Assembly (NCBI GenBank): GCA_043826355.1
Contig: JBDRQI010000014.1
Coordinates: 1-55,953 of the forward strand
DNA: 55,953 nucleotides
From: Candidatus Omnitrophota bacterium
GTDB taxonomy: Bacteria > Ratteibacteria > UBA8468 > MWAK01
Direction of reading: 5' to 3'
Under the pieces are notes generated by a model. That model searched no databases and was not told the DNA's origin. It saw only the letters and a list, made by a program, of their open reading frames with translations. Position numbers and translations under genes: made by a program. Below, piece by piece: positions 38,136-47,361 of this stretch (position 1 is the stretch's first letter; each line of letters starts with the position of its first letter).

Positions 38136-39235
38136 CCCCGCGCGAGCGTTTTTTGGCGTGTATGCGGTTTAAGCCCACAGATCGTCCTTTGCTGTGGGAG
38201 TGGGGACCGTGGGAATCCACCGTTAACCGATGGATGGTTGAATCCGGAGCAAGCCGGGAGCAGGTTCTGGCGCGGCTCGGTGAAAGGGACCCCGAGGAGA
38301 ACGTCGGGGTCGATTTCAGTATGGTTCCAGCTTTCCAGGAAAGAGTGGTTTCGGAGGACAAAGATACGGTGACGGTGTCTGACCGGCTGGGAACGACCCA
38401 CCGCCAGTTCAAAAACAATCCGGAACGGTCAATGCCCGAATTTGTGGCGTCTCCGGTTAAAACACCCGGGGATTGGAAAGATGTCAAGCGGCGCTTCGAT
38501 CCGACCATTCCGGAGCGGTATCCCCGGGATTGGAATGTCCGTCTTGCGCGGTGGAAGCAGAACCAGCCCGTTTTGAGATTTTACGGCTGCGTGTATGACT
38601 ATTACGGCGGGCCGAGTCTCTTCGGTTTTGTCCGGATGTTGCTGGGCGAGGAGAAGGTACATTATGCCTTTTACGATGAACCGGCAATGGTCCATGACAT
38701 GATGGAAACCGCGACCGAATTTGCCATCAATGTTATGTCAAAGGCGCTCGCGGAAGCACCCGTAACCCTGGTCCAATTTTGGGAAGATATGTGCTATAAA
38801 TCGGGACCCCTGTTATCTCCGGCGATGTTTCGGGAATTTATGCTCCCCCGCTACAAAAGGATTACCGACGTAATTCGCCGCGCCGGCGTAGATGTTATTT
38901 TTGTCGATAGCGACGGCAACGTGGAACAACTGCTCCCGTTGTGGATTGAAGCAGGGATTAACGGCGTATTCCCGATGGAGCAGGCGGCCGGCAACGACAT
39001 CCATGCCTACCGTAAACGCTTCGGAAGAAGCCTGCTGATGACCGGCGGTGTTGATAAAAGAGCGTTGGCCGCCGGGCCGGAAGCCATTGATGAGGAACTC
39101 CGGCGGAAAATCCCGCTTGTCTTAAAGGGCGGTTATGTTCCAACCTTGGACCACACCATCCCGCCGGACGTCAGTTATGAGAATTTTCTTTACTACTGGC
39201 GCCGCAAAAAAGAACTTCTGGGTATCGGGAAATAA
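38132..39235 (+). CDS. Uroporphyrinogen-decarboxylase / MtaA-CmuA family protein
   Basis: MTPRERF, WEDMCYKSGPLLSP, DSDG, GGVDKR, DHTIPPDVS. Confidence 0.88.
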   Translation: MTPRERFLACMRFKPTDRPLLWEWGPWESTVNRWMVESGASREQVLARLGERDPEENVGVDFSMVPAFQERVVSEDKDTVTVSDRLGTTHRQFKNNPERSMPEFVASPVKTPGDWKDVKRRFDPTIPERYPRDWNVRLARWKQNQPVLRFYGCVYDYYGGPSLFGFVRMLLGEEKVHYAFYDEPAMVHDMMETATEFAINVMSKALAEAPVTLVQFWEDMCYKSGPLLSPAMFREFMLPRYKRITDVIRRAGVDVIFVDSDGNVEQLLPLWIEAGINGVFPMEQAAGNDIHAYRKRFGRSLLMTGGVDKRALAAGPEAIDEELRRKIPLVLKGGYVPTLDHTIPPDVSYENFLYYWRRKKELLGIGK

Positions 39236-39343
39236 GGCCTGCCCGGCAGGATTTCGCAAACCACAAAAAAGGAGCAACGTGGCAAATTCCAACGCTAACC
39301 CAATTCGTTTTCCTTTGTTCAGCATAAACTCCGGGGCAGGACG

Positions 39344-40369
39344 ATGAAACTGATGACCGTGACTGGTCCGGTTGATACGCAGGAAATGGGGATAACCCTT
39401 CCGCACGAGCACCTTTTTATTGATTTGCGCAATCAGTTCACGGAATTTGAAGATTCCGAAAAGCGGCGCATCAGCCGCCAGACTCTGGGGATGGAGAATC
39501 TGGGAGTCGTCCGCCTGAATCCCTACGCCATCAAAGACAACCTGGTCTTTGAAGACCTGGAGCTGACGATTCAGGAAATAGAGCGGTTTAAAACGGCGGG
39601 CGGGAGTACCATCGTTGACTGCACCTCTGTCGGTATTCACCGAAACCCGGAGAAGTTGCGCATAGTAGCCGAGCGGACCGGACTGAATATCGTTGCCGGT
39701 TGCGGATACTATACCCATGATACCCATCCGGCTGAAATGGATGGCTGGTCTGCCAAAGAGATTGCCGAGCGGATGGTTGGAGAATTAACGGTCGGCATGG
39801 ACGGGACGGACATCAAAGCCGGCGTTATCGGTGAAATCGGCACCGATAATCCGATACACCCGAACGAGTGGAAGAACCTGGTTGCCGCCGGACTTGCCTT
39901 TAAACAAACCGGGGCGGCAGTTCTGGTTCACACCAACCCCTGGGCCAGGTTTGGCCTGGAAATCGTGGACTTGCTTATAAAGCAGGGTGTCATCCCTCCC
40001 AAGATTGTAATCTGCCATGCCGACGTACAGGTTGATTTGCCGTACATCCGTTCTTTACTCAAGCGGGGGGTGTTCGTTGAGTTTGACAACTTCGGCAAGG
40101 AATTCTACGTTGACCGGCTGCGGGTTTTTTCCCGGGACATAGAACGAGTCCGGGCAATCAAGGACTTGCTGAACGAAGGATACGGAAAACAGATTCTGAT
40201 TACCAACGACCTTTGCCTGAAAAGCATGCTCCACCGCTATGGCGGCTGGGGCTATGACCATATTTTGAGCAATATCGTCCCGATGATGCGCGAGCAGGAC
40301 ATTGACGCAGAAACTATCGGCCTGTTCTTGCAGGATAATCCGCGACGGCTCTACGGAACGTCCCCATAA
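39344..40369 (+). CDS. Phosphotriesterase-related protein (Php-like)
   Basis: TVTG, HEH, GVIGEIG, VHT, ICH, TND, GGWGY, NP.RL. Confidence 0.92.
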   Translation: MKLMTVTGPVDTQEMGITLPHEHLFIDLRNQFTEFEDSEKRRISRQTLGMENLGVVRLNPYAIKDNLVFEDLELTIQEIERFKTAGGSTIVDCTSVGIHRNPEKLRIVAERTGLNIVAGCGYYTHDTHPAEMDGWSAKEIAERMVGELTVGMDGTDIKAGVIGEIGTDNPIHPNEWKNLVAAGLAFKQTGAAVLVHTNPWARFGLEIVDLLIKQGVIPPKIVICHADVQVDLPYIRSLLKRGVFVEFDNFGKEFYVDRLRVFSRDIERVRAIKDLLNEGYGKQILITNDLCLKSMLHRYGGWGYDHILSNIVPMMREQDIDAETIGLFLQDNPRRLYGTSP

Positions 40370-40423
40370 CTTTGCGGTTAAATAATTTATAAATAATGCG
40401 GTCTGGTAATCAGGCGGACAGGC

Positions 40424-40477
40424 TTGACAATGAAAATAATTTACATTATAATATTAATTAATGAAAAAAATTTCATT
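40424..40477 (+). promoter_or_regulatory. Consensus sigma70 promoter with two palindromic operators
   Basis: TTGACA (40424-40429), 17 bp spacer, TATAAT (40447-40452); palindromes AATGAAAATAATTTACATT (40429-40447) and AATGAAA-N4-TTTCATT (40460-40477). Confidence 0.85.
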
Positions 40478-41390
40478 GCCAACGGGGCGTTCGGCCGCCG
40501 GGAAACCCCGCGTGCAAAGCATTAAGCCGGGCAAGGGAAACTGCCTGTCCAGAATTCAGACGATGTTTAGCGCCAGGCAAAAGGGCGCCTTTAAAATCGC
40601 GAAGTACGTTCTGGCGCATCCCCGCGCGACGGTAAACTCCACGATTTCCCGTTTGGCGGAGAAGACCGGTTCCAGCGTCGCGACGGTCTCCCGGTTCTGT
40701 ACCCGGATAGGTTATGAAAATTACCGTTCCTTCCAGATAGACCTCGCCGCGTCACTGGTCGGCGCCCCTTCCCCGGCATCCGACATCTTCACCAGAAGCG
40801 ACAATCCCGCCACTATCATTAAGCGCGTTTTTGAACTTAACCGCCGGAGTCTTACCAGCACCGAAGGTCTTCTCAGCGACAAAACGCTGTCGCGCGTTGC
40901 CAAAATCATCATCAACTCGAGACGGACGGTTCTCTTCGGGAGCGGGAGCTCCGGTCTTACCGCGAAGCTCGGAGCCGTGCGGTTCCAGGGGCTTGGGATT
41001 ACCACGCTGGCGGTGACCGATCCCTACGAGAGCTTGCTGGCGCTGTCATCGGTCACGCGTGAAGACGTGGTTATCGGGATAAGCCACACCGGGAAGAGCA
41101 CCCTGATTGTAAGGTTAATGAAACTGGCGTGTGAGAAAGGAGCGCGAACCGTGGGGATCACCAATTACCTGAATTCGCCGCTGGCCGAATTACCCGAATT
41201 CGTACTGCCCACTTCGTTCCGGGAACACAGGGTTAACGCCGCGGTTTGCTATTCCGGTATCGCCCAGATGTGTATTCTGGACACTCTTTATTTTCTGGCT
41301 GCTTGTTACCAGGGGCCGAAATTTGAACGCATGGCGCTGCAGGTGGAGGCCGCGGCGGAAAAACTGCTTCGCACCAACGGGAAACGGTAA
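40461..41390 (+). CDS. RpiR/MurR family regulator (HTH + SIS)
   Basis: SVATVSRFC..IGY, FGSGSS, GISHTGKS, ITN..NSPLA; start uncertain (40461, 40512 or 40563). Confidence 0.93.
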   Translation: MKKISLPTGRSAAGKPRVQSIKPGKGNCLSRIQTMFSARQKGAFKIAKYVLAHPRATVNSTISRLAEKTGSSVATVSRFCTRIGYENYRSFQIDLAASLVGAPSPASDIFTRSDNPATIIKRVFELNRRSLTSTEGLLSDKTLSRVAKIIINSRRTVLFGSGSSGLTAKLGAVRFQGLGITTLAVTDPYESLLALSSVTREDVVIGISHTGKSTLIVRLMKLACEKGARTVGITNYLNSPLAELPEFVLPTSFREHRVNAAVCYSGIAQMCILDTLYFLAACYQGPKFERMALQVEAAAEKLLRTNGKR

Positions 41391-41397
41391 TTCAAAA

Positions 41398-41427
41398 CCC
41401 GCCTTCGCTAAAGCTACGGCGGGCAAG
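41398..41427 (+). repeat. Small palindromic repeat CCGCCTTCGCTAAAGCTACGGCGG
   Basis: 25 of 29 positions match the reverse complement of 23784-23812. Confidence 0.75.
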
Positions 41428-41437
41428 GGAGGAATTG

Positions 41438-42781
41438 ATGTACACGAGATATTACGACCCGGAGATATTTGTACAGACTTTTGACGGGATTGACAAGGAC
41501 AACTATGTAATCGCCACTTATTATCTGGACGATACTCTGGCCGGAGAGGATTTTATTGACCATTTTGCCCTTGTCCAGGCGATGGCGCTGGAGGGCTCCA
41601 CCGGAACCTGGGAAAAGGTTGAAGAAGACACCGCGGAGATGCGCAGCGTCTTCTCCAGCAAGATGGTGGGATACTTTGAAATCCCCACCCCGGAGTCGGA
41701 CCGGCGCCAGGCTGTGGTTCAACTCGCCTTTCCGGTTGATGCCTGGGGTGACAACGTTCCGATGATGCTGCTGGCTATTGCCGGTAACTGTTTTGCCTAC
41801 AGCCCGAAGCTGCGGCTCCTGGACATTACCCTGCCGAAAAATTTCCTCAAATTTTTCAAGGGTCCGAAGTTCGGCGTACCCGGAATCCGGAAGCGGCTCG
41901 GTGTTCCCAAAAGGCCCCTTTCCCTCCACATTCTCAAGCCGAAGATGGGGATGACGCCGGAACAGGTCGCTAACCAGTGTTACCAGACGGCAATCGGCGG
42001 CGTTGACCTCATCAAGGACGACGAGATGACTTCCGACGTGTCCAACAATAATTACCTGGACCGGTTGAAGGCGGTCCGCAAGGCCCTGGCCAGGGCGGAG
42101 GCAAAGACCGGAAAGAAAGTTATTTATCTTTTAAGTATTACCCACGAGCCGGGCAAGATAACGGAACGGGCGCGCAAAGCGGTTGCCGCCGGAGCCAACG
42201 GACTTCTGGTAACCTATTCGGCCGGGCTGGGAAGTTTGCGCCAGTTGGCCGAAGACCCGGAAATCAACGTTCCGATTATGCTGCATGCCTCCCACATGAT
42301 TGCCGGCATGAAGAGTATTGCCTGGCCGGTATTCGCCAAACTGTGCCGCATCTGCGGCGCCGACATGATGCTGACGCCGACGCTGTGGTCGTCCATCCCG
42401 ATGGTAAGTCTGGAAGAGGGGATCAGGACCAGCCAGGTCAAGCTGGCGCCCCTGGGGCATATTAAACCCATGTTTCCGATGCCCTGCGCCGGCGTCTATC
42501 CCGGGTTGGCTCCGGTATTAATCGGCGAGTACGGGACCGATATCGTCATCCCGGCCGGCGGCGGAATGCTCGGTCATCCGGACGGATACACGGCCGGCGC
42601 CAAATCCTGGCAGCAGGCGATTGCCGCGGCCATGTCGCCGGAAAGCTTCATTGACTGTGCCCGGAAGCCGGAGAACAAAGAACTCCGGCGGGCGATAGAG
42701 AAATGGGGATATTTGGAACGGCCGAAGTCCCCCTGGCTCCGGGTAGCCCCCAAGTTTCATCCGAAAAAAACAGTAGTATAA
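41438..42781 (+). CDS. RuBisCO-like protein (form IV)
   Basis: EGSTGTW, GPKFG, KPKMG, GGVDLIKDDE, AGGGMLGHPDG; several carboxylase residues replaced. Confidence 0.95.
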   Translation: MYTRYYDPEIFVQTFDGIDKDNYVIATYYLDDTLAGEDFIDHFALVQAMALEGSTGTWEKVEEDTAEMRSVFSSKMVGYFEIPTPESDRRQAVVQLAFPVDAWGDNVPMMLLAIAGNCFAYSPKLRLLDITLPKNFLKFFKGPKFGVPGIRKRLGVPKRPLSLHILKPKMGMTPEQVANQCYQTAIGGVDLIKDDEMTSDVSNNNYLDRLKAVRKALARAEAKTGKKVIYLLSITHEPGKITERARKAVAAGANGLLVTYSAGLGSLRQLAEDPEINVPIMLHASHMIAGMKSIAWPVFAKLCRICGADMMLTPTLWSSIPMVSLEEGIRTSQVKLAPLGHIKPMFPMPCAGVYPGLAPVLIGEYGTDIVIPAGGGMLGHPDGYTAGAKSWQQAIAAAMSPESFIDCARKPENKELRRAIEKWGYLERPKSPWLRVAPKFHPKKTVV

Positions 42782-42789
42782 TAATTAAG

Positions 42790-44286
42790 ATGAAAGCGTC
42801 CCAAAATTTTCTCGCTTTTGATTTAGGCGCTTCCAACGGCCGGGCGCTGTTGGGGGCATTCGACGGCGGTACGCTTGGCTGTGAAGAGGTCTACCACTTT
42901 CCCAACAACCCGGTCTTTCTTCACAGCGGTCTGCACTGGGACGTCCTGAAACTTTTCACGGAGATAAAAAAGGGACTGGGGCTATGCGCCGGGAAGCATG
43001 GCGCCGCCTTGTCCGGCATAGGCATTGACACCTGGGCGGTGGATTACGGGTTGCTGGACCGCAGCGGCGAACTTATCGGCAACCCCTATCACTACCGTGA
43101 CCGGCGCACCGAGGGCATGGTGGAGGAGGTCGCCGGGATTCTCGGAGGGTACGAAACATACAGGACTACCGGAGTGCGGCTCGCTCCGATAAATACCATC
43201 TGTCAGTTATATTCCATGGTACGGAATGATTCCCCGCAATTGAGCATAGCCGACACTTTTCTGATGATGCCCTGTCTCTTGAACTATTTTCTGAGCGGCG
43301 AAAAACTCCAGGAGCATTCCAACGTCACGACTACCGGTCTTTACGATATTTATAAAAATGCGCCGGCGGAAGATTTTTTCCGGAAACTCGGTATTCCGGC
43401 CGGGATTATAGGCAAGGTTATGGATCCGGGAACGGTGGTCGGGAGTTTGAGAGCCGACGTGAGAAAAGAGATGGGGCTGGGGATTGTTCCGGTCGTGGTT
43501 CCCGCGACGCACGACACGGCGAGCGCGGTTGTTTCCGTTCCGGCGGACGAAAAGAAGAAGTGGGCGTTCTTAAGCTGCGGAACCTGGTCGGTGCTCGGCA
43601 GGGAGACCGAGAAACCCGTTACGACAAAAGAGAGTTACAAATTAAATATCACCAACGCCGCCACCGCCGAAGGCAAGTACATGACGATTGCCAACATTAC
43701 AGGCCTCTGGCTTGTGCAGGAATGCAAGCGGATATGGGACAAGGAAGGAGAGAGCCTGGGTTATCCGGACCTGGTGAGCCTGGCCAGGAAGGCGCAGCCG
43801 TTTGCTTCCTTCATAGACGTTGACGACCAAGCGTTTGTCAACCCGGTTAATATGCCGGAGACAATAATTGCCTGCTGCCGGAATACCGGACAACGTCCGC
43901 CGAAGGACAAGGGCGGGATTGTGCGGCTGGTTCTGGAGAGCATGGCGTTTAAGTATAAGATGTTTCTGGAAAAATTAGAGCGGTTGACCGGGGAAAGGTT
44001 TGAAATTCTGCACATGGTGGGCGGCGGCGCCCAGAACCGGCTCCTTGGTCAGTTTACGGCGGATGCGCTTGGAATCCCGGTGCTTGCCGGGCCGTATGAA
44101 GCCACCGCGCTGGGCAATATCCTGATGCAGATGAAAGGCGTGGGAGCGATTGGTTCCGTGTCCCAGGGTCGGGCGCTTTTGAGGAAATCCATCGATTTGA
44201 TTGAATATACGCCGAAAGATGCGGAAAGATGGAACGAGGTTTTTCCCGGATACCGGAAAATCACGGGAGGAAAAGAGCCATGCTGA
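42790..44286 (+). CDS. FGGY carbohydrate kinase (rhamnulokinase-like)
   Basis: DLGASNGR, GIDTWAVDY, YRDRRT, HDTASA, SCGTWS, GGGAQN, EATALGN. Confidence 0.93.
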   Translation: MKASQNFLAFDLGASNGRALLGAFDGGTLGCEEVYHFPNNPVFLHSGLHWDVLKLFTEIKKGLGLCAGKHGAALSGIGIDTWAVDYGLLDRSGELIGNPYHYRDRRTEGMVEEVAGILGGYETYRTTGVRLAPINTICQLYSMVRNDSPQLSIADTFLMMPCLLNYFLSGEKLQEHSNVTTTGLYDIYKNAPAEDFFRKLGIPAGIIGKVMDPGTVVGSLRADVRKEMGLGIVPVVVPATHDTASAVVSVPADEKKKWAFLSCGTWSVLGRETEKPVTTKESYKLNITNAATAEGKYMTIANITGLWLVQECKRIWDKEGESLGYPDLVSLARKAQPFASFIDVDDQAFVNPVNMPETIIACCRNTGQRPPKDKGGIVRLVLESMAFKYKMFLEKLERLTGERFEILHMVGGGAQNRLLGQFTADALGIPVLAGPYEATALGNILMQMKGVGAIGSVSQGRALLRKSIDLIEYTPKDAERWNEVFPGYRKITGGKEPC

Positions 44287-45260
44287 AAAACTTTAAGGCG
44301 GGAGCGTGCCTGCCGACTTTCGGTTCCTGCGCGGACCGGTTTTGCCTTTCCGGCTACGGAAAGGGCAGAAAGACGATGGAAGAGATGCTGGACATGGCGG
44401 TCCGGGTCAAGGAACTTGACGGGCTGGAACTGGTAAGCAACTGGCACATCAACGACGACAACATCACCGCCGTGAAGAAACTTTTCGCGGAACGGAACCT
44501 GAAGATATGCATGGTGGCGCCGGACCTCTGGACCCAGGCAAAATGGGGCGGAGGCAGCCTGGCTTCCCCGGACCGCAAAATTCGTAAAGAAGCGGTCATG
44601 GAAGTGAAGCGGTCCATGGACTGGGCGGCCGGTGTCGGCTGCCGTTACGTGGACGTCTGGCCGGGACAGGACGGATACGACTACCCGTTCCAAGCAGACT
44701 TTCTGAACAGTTGGAAGTGGCTGCGCGAGGGAATAAAAGAGTGCGCGTCTCACCGGAACGACGTAAAAGTTCTGGTGGAGTATAAACTCAAAGAACCCCG
44801 GACCCATTGTTTTGTAAACAGCGCCGCCAAAGACATCCTGCTTATCCAGGACCTGAAGAACGTCGGCGGGCTCCTTGACGTGGGGCACAGTCTGGCAGCC
44901 GGGGAAAACTGGTCGGAAGCGGCCGCGCTCCTTTCGAAATACGGAGTGCTTGACTACCTGCACCTCAACGATAATTACGGTTCCTGGGATGATGATATGC
45001 TGGTAGCCGCGGTTCATGTTCCGGAATATCTGGAACTTGCCTACTGGATAAAGAAACTGAAGTATAAGGGCTGGCTCACGCTGGATATCTTCCCTTACCG
45101 GGAGGAAAAAATACCCGCCGCGCAGAACTGTTTTGCTTGGTTGAAAGCGCTTTTTACGGCAGTTGAAGAAACCGGAATGGACAAGATTCAGCAAGTGATT
45201 GAGACGGGAGATGCCAACGAGTCGTCCCGTCTCGTCCGGGAAATGCTTTTCAAAAAATAA
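44280..45260 (+). CDS. Xylose-isomerase-like TIM-barrel sugar isomerase
   Basis: WPGQDG, EYK.KEP, DVGH, HLNDN...DDD, LDIFP metal-ligand motifs. Confidence 0.88.
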   Translation: MLKNFKAGACLPTFGSCADRFCLSGYGKGRKTMEEMLDMAVRVKELDGLELVSNWHINDDNITAVKKLFAERNLKICMVAPDLWTQAKWGGGSLASPDRKIRKEAVMEVKRSMDWAAGVGCRYVDVWPGQDGYDYPFQADFLNSWKWLREGIKECASHRNDVKVLVEYKLKEPRTHCFVNSAAKDILLIQDLKNVGGLLDVGHSLAAGENWSEAAALLSKYGVLDYLHLNDNYGSWDDDMLVAAVHVPEYLELAYWIKKLKYKGWLTLDIFPYREEKIPAAQNCFAWLKALFTAVEETGMDKIQQVIETGDANESSRLVREMLFKK

Positions 45261-46226
45261 ATGGAAAAGGCGATATCTCCCAAAATCCTGCTTGAGATGT
45301 ACCGGGTAATGGTCAAAATCCGGCAATTTGAAGACACGGTTTATTTCCTGTTTCTGGAAGGGAAGCTCCCCGGTACGGTCCACCTCTATCAGGGAGAGGA
45401 AGCGATTGCCGCCGGCGTCTGCGCAAACTTGACGAAGAGTGACGTTGTCCTTTCCACGCACCGGGCCGACGGGCACGCCCTGGCCAAGGGCGTATCAATG
45501 AAGTCTTGTTTTGCCGAATTGTTCGGTAAGGCCACCGGCTGCTGCGCAGGTAAAGGCGGCGCCATGCACCTGGGTGATATTTCGGTCGGTATGCTTCCGG
45601 CGATCGCCATCGTAGCCGGAGGAATTCCCGTTGCCGCCGGCTGTGCCCTTTCTTTCAAGTTTCGGAAGAAGAATAATGTGGCGGTATCCTTTTTTGGAGA
45701 AGGAGCCACCAATGAAGGTGTCTGGCATGAATCGCTGAACATGGCCGCCATCTGGAGCCTCCCGGTTATCTTTGTGTGTGAAAATAATCTTTACGGCGCC
45801 TCCACGCACGTCACCAAAGTCATGAAGATAAAGGATGTTGCCGAAAGAGCCGCCGCCTACGGTATGCCGGGCGTGGTAGTGGACGGCAACGACGCGGCGG
45901 CGGTCTACCGGGCAGCAGCCGAAGCCGTGAACCGGGCGCGGTCCGGAGGCGGGCCCACCCTGCTGGAGTGCAAAACCTACCGTCGGGGCGGACATTCCCG
46001 GGGTGACTCCAACCTGTATCGCGATAAGGAAGAAGAAAAGGTCTGGCTTGGCCGTGACCCGATAGTTATCATCCGGAACAAACTGAAGGAGATGGGAATT
46101 CTTGCTGACCCGGACGTCAAAAGGATTGAGGAAGAAGCCAAGGCGCAGATTGATGAGGCGATTGCTTTTGCCGAGGCAAGTCCGTTTCCGGCGCCGGAAG
46201 ATACTTTGAAAGGATTGTGGGTATAA
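45261..46226 (+). CDS. TPP-dependent dehydrogenase E1 alpha subunit (acetoin/pyruvate type)
   Basis: HLYQGEEA, THR, GEGA...CENN TPP motif, TYR..GH. Confidence 0.93.
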   Translation: MEKAISPKILLEMYRVMVKIRQFEDTVYFLFLEGKLPGTVHLYQGEEAIAAGVCANLTKSDVVLSTHRADGHALAKGVSMKSCFAELFGKATGCCAGKGGAMHLGDISVGMLPAIAIVAGGIPVAAGCALSFKFRKKNNVAVSFFGEGATNEGVWHESLNMAAIWSLPVIFVCENNLYGASTHVTKVMKIKDVAERAAAYGMPGVVVDGNDAAAVYRAAAEAVNRARSGGGPTLLECKTYRRGGHSRGDSNLYRDKEEEKVWLGRDPIVIIRNKLKEMGILADPDVKRIEEEAKAQIDEAIAFAEASPFPAPEDTLKGLWV

Positions 46227-46230
46227 TAAA

Positions 46231-47244
46231 ATGGCAAAACTCAGTTACGCGGAAGCCTTGAGAGAGGCAATCAGAGAGGAGATGCGGAGGGACGAAAAAG
46301 TATTCTGCATCGGAGAAGATATTGGAATAACCCGCGGGTTCGGCGGCGCTTTTACGGTGACCCTCGGGCTCTCTGACGAATTCGGACACGAGCGGATCCT
46401 TGACACGCCCATTTCGGAAGCCGGCCTGGTCGGCATAGCGGTCGGGGCGGCCGTAATGGGGATGCGGCCCATCGCGGACGTCCAGTACGCAGATTTTCTC
46501 TTCTGCGCGATGGACCAGATAATAAATGAAGCCGCGAAAATTCGGTATATGTCCGGCGGAACCATTAAGGTTCCGATGGTCTTGCGCGCCCCGGTCGGCG
46601 CAACCCAGCGCGGCGCCCAGCACGCTCAATCCGTCGAATCATACTTCATGCACTGCCCGGGTTGGAAGATCGCCTGTCCTTCCAACGCGTATGATGCCAA
46701 GGGGCTTCTTAAGACCGCAGTTAGGGACGACAACCCGGTCCTGTTTTTTGAGCACAAAAAATTATACGGCGCCAAAGGAATCAGGAAGGTAGCCGGAAGT
46801 TTAGACGCCTCCTCGGAAATTCCCGAGGCAGAACACCTCCTGCCCTTCGGTCAGGCGAGAATCGCCAGAGAAGGGAAAGACGTTACCATACTGGCGACCC
46901 TGCGGATGGTTTTTGAAGCAATTTGGGCGGCCGAGGACCTTGCCGCGGAGGGAATCAGCGCAGAAATCATTGACCCCAGGACACTTATCCCTTTTGACTA
47001 TAAGACCCTTTATCAATCCGTACAGAAAACCGGGCGGCTGGTAATCGTGCACGAGGACAATTATACCGGCGGCTGGGGAGCCGAAATTGCGGCGCGGGTG
47101 TCGGATGAAATCTTTGAATCTCTTGATGCGCCCGTGAAGAGAGTTGCGGCCCCGGACACGCCGCCGCCCTTCTCCACGCCGATGGAAAATTTCTACGTGC
47201 CGGACAAGGAAAGAATCAAGACGGCGGTGCGCAGTATCTTGTAG
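46231..47244 (+). CDS. TPP-dependent dehydrogenase E1 beta subunit
   Basis: GEDI, DTPISE, GMRP, AQH, EHK.LY, D.RTL.P.D. Confidence 0.93.
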   Translation: MAKLSYAEALREAIREEMRRDEKVFCIGEDIGITRGFGGAFTVTLGLSDEFGHERILDTPISEAGLVGIAVGAAVMGMRPIADVQYADFLFCAMDQIINEAAKIRYMSGGTIKVPMVLRAPVGATQRGAQHAQSVESYFMHCPGWKIACPSNAYDAKGLLKTAVRDDNPVLFFEHKKLYGAKGIRKVAGSLDASSEIPEAEHLLPFGQARIAREGKDVTILATLRMVFEAIWAAEDLAAEGISAEIIDPRTLIPFDYKTLYQSVQKTGRLVIVHEDNYTGGWGAEIAARVSDEIFESLDAPVKRVAAPDTPPPFSTPMENFYVPDKERIKTAVRSIL

Positions 47245-47292
47245 GGGGCGGATTTATCCGCCCGCAGGCTTGATGAATCAAATCCTTTTTAC
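47241..47292 (+). repeat. GTAG-type REP doublet
   Basis: GTAG-GGGGCGGATTTATCCGCCC then CTTGATGAATCAAATCCTTTTTAC; its GTAG includes the E1 beta stop codon. Confidence 0.65.
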
Positions 47293-47361
47293 GGAGAAAG
47301 AAAGCGGCCGAAAGCGGCGCCAGTTGGTTTTTTCAACAAAGATGTATTTTCTCGTATTTCA

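Noticed and set aside
41438..42781. True RuBisCO / Calvin cycle
   Set aside because: Key carboxylase residues appear replaced, and there is no small subunit or phosphoribulokinase nearby.
44049..45476. 475-aa minus-strand ORF
   Set aside because: Antisense to well-supported isomerase and E1 genes; no motifs.
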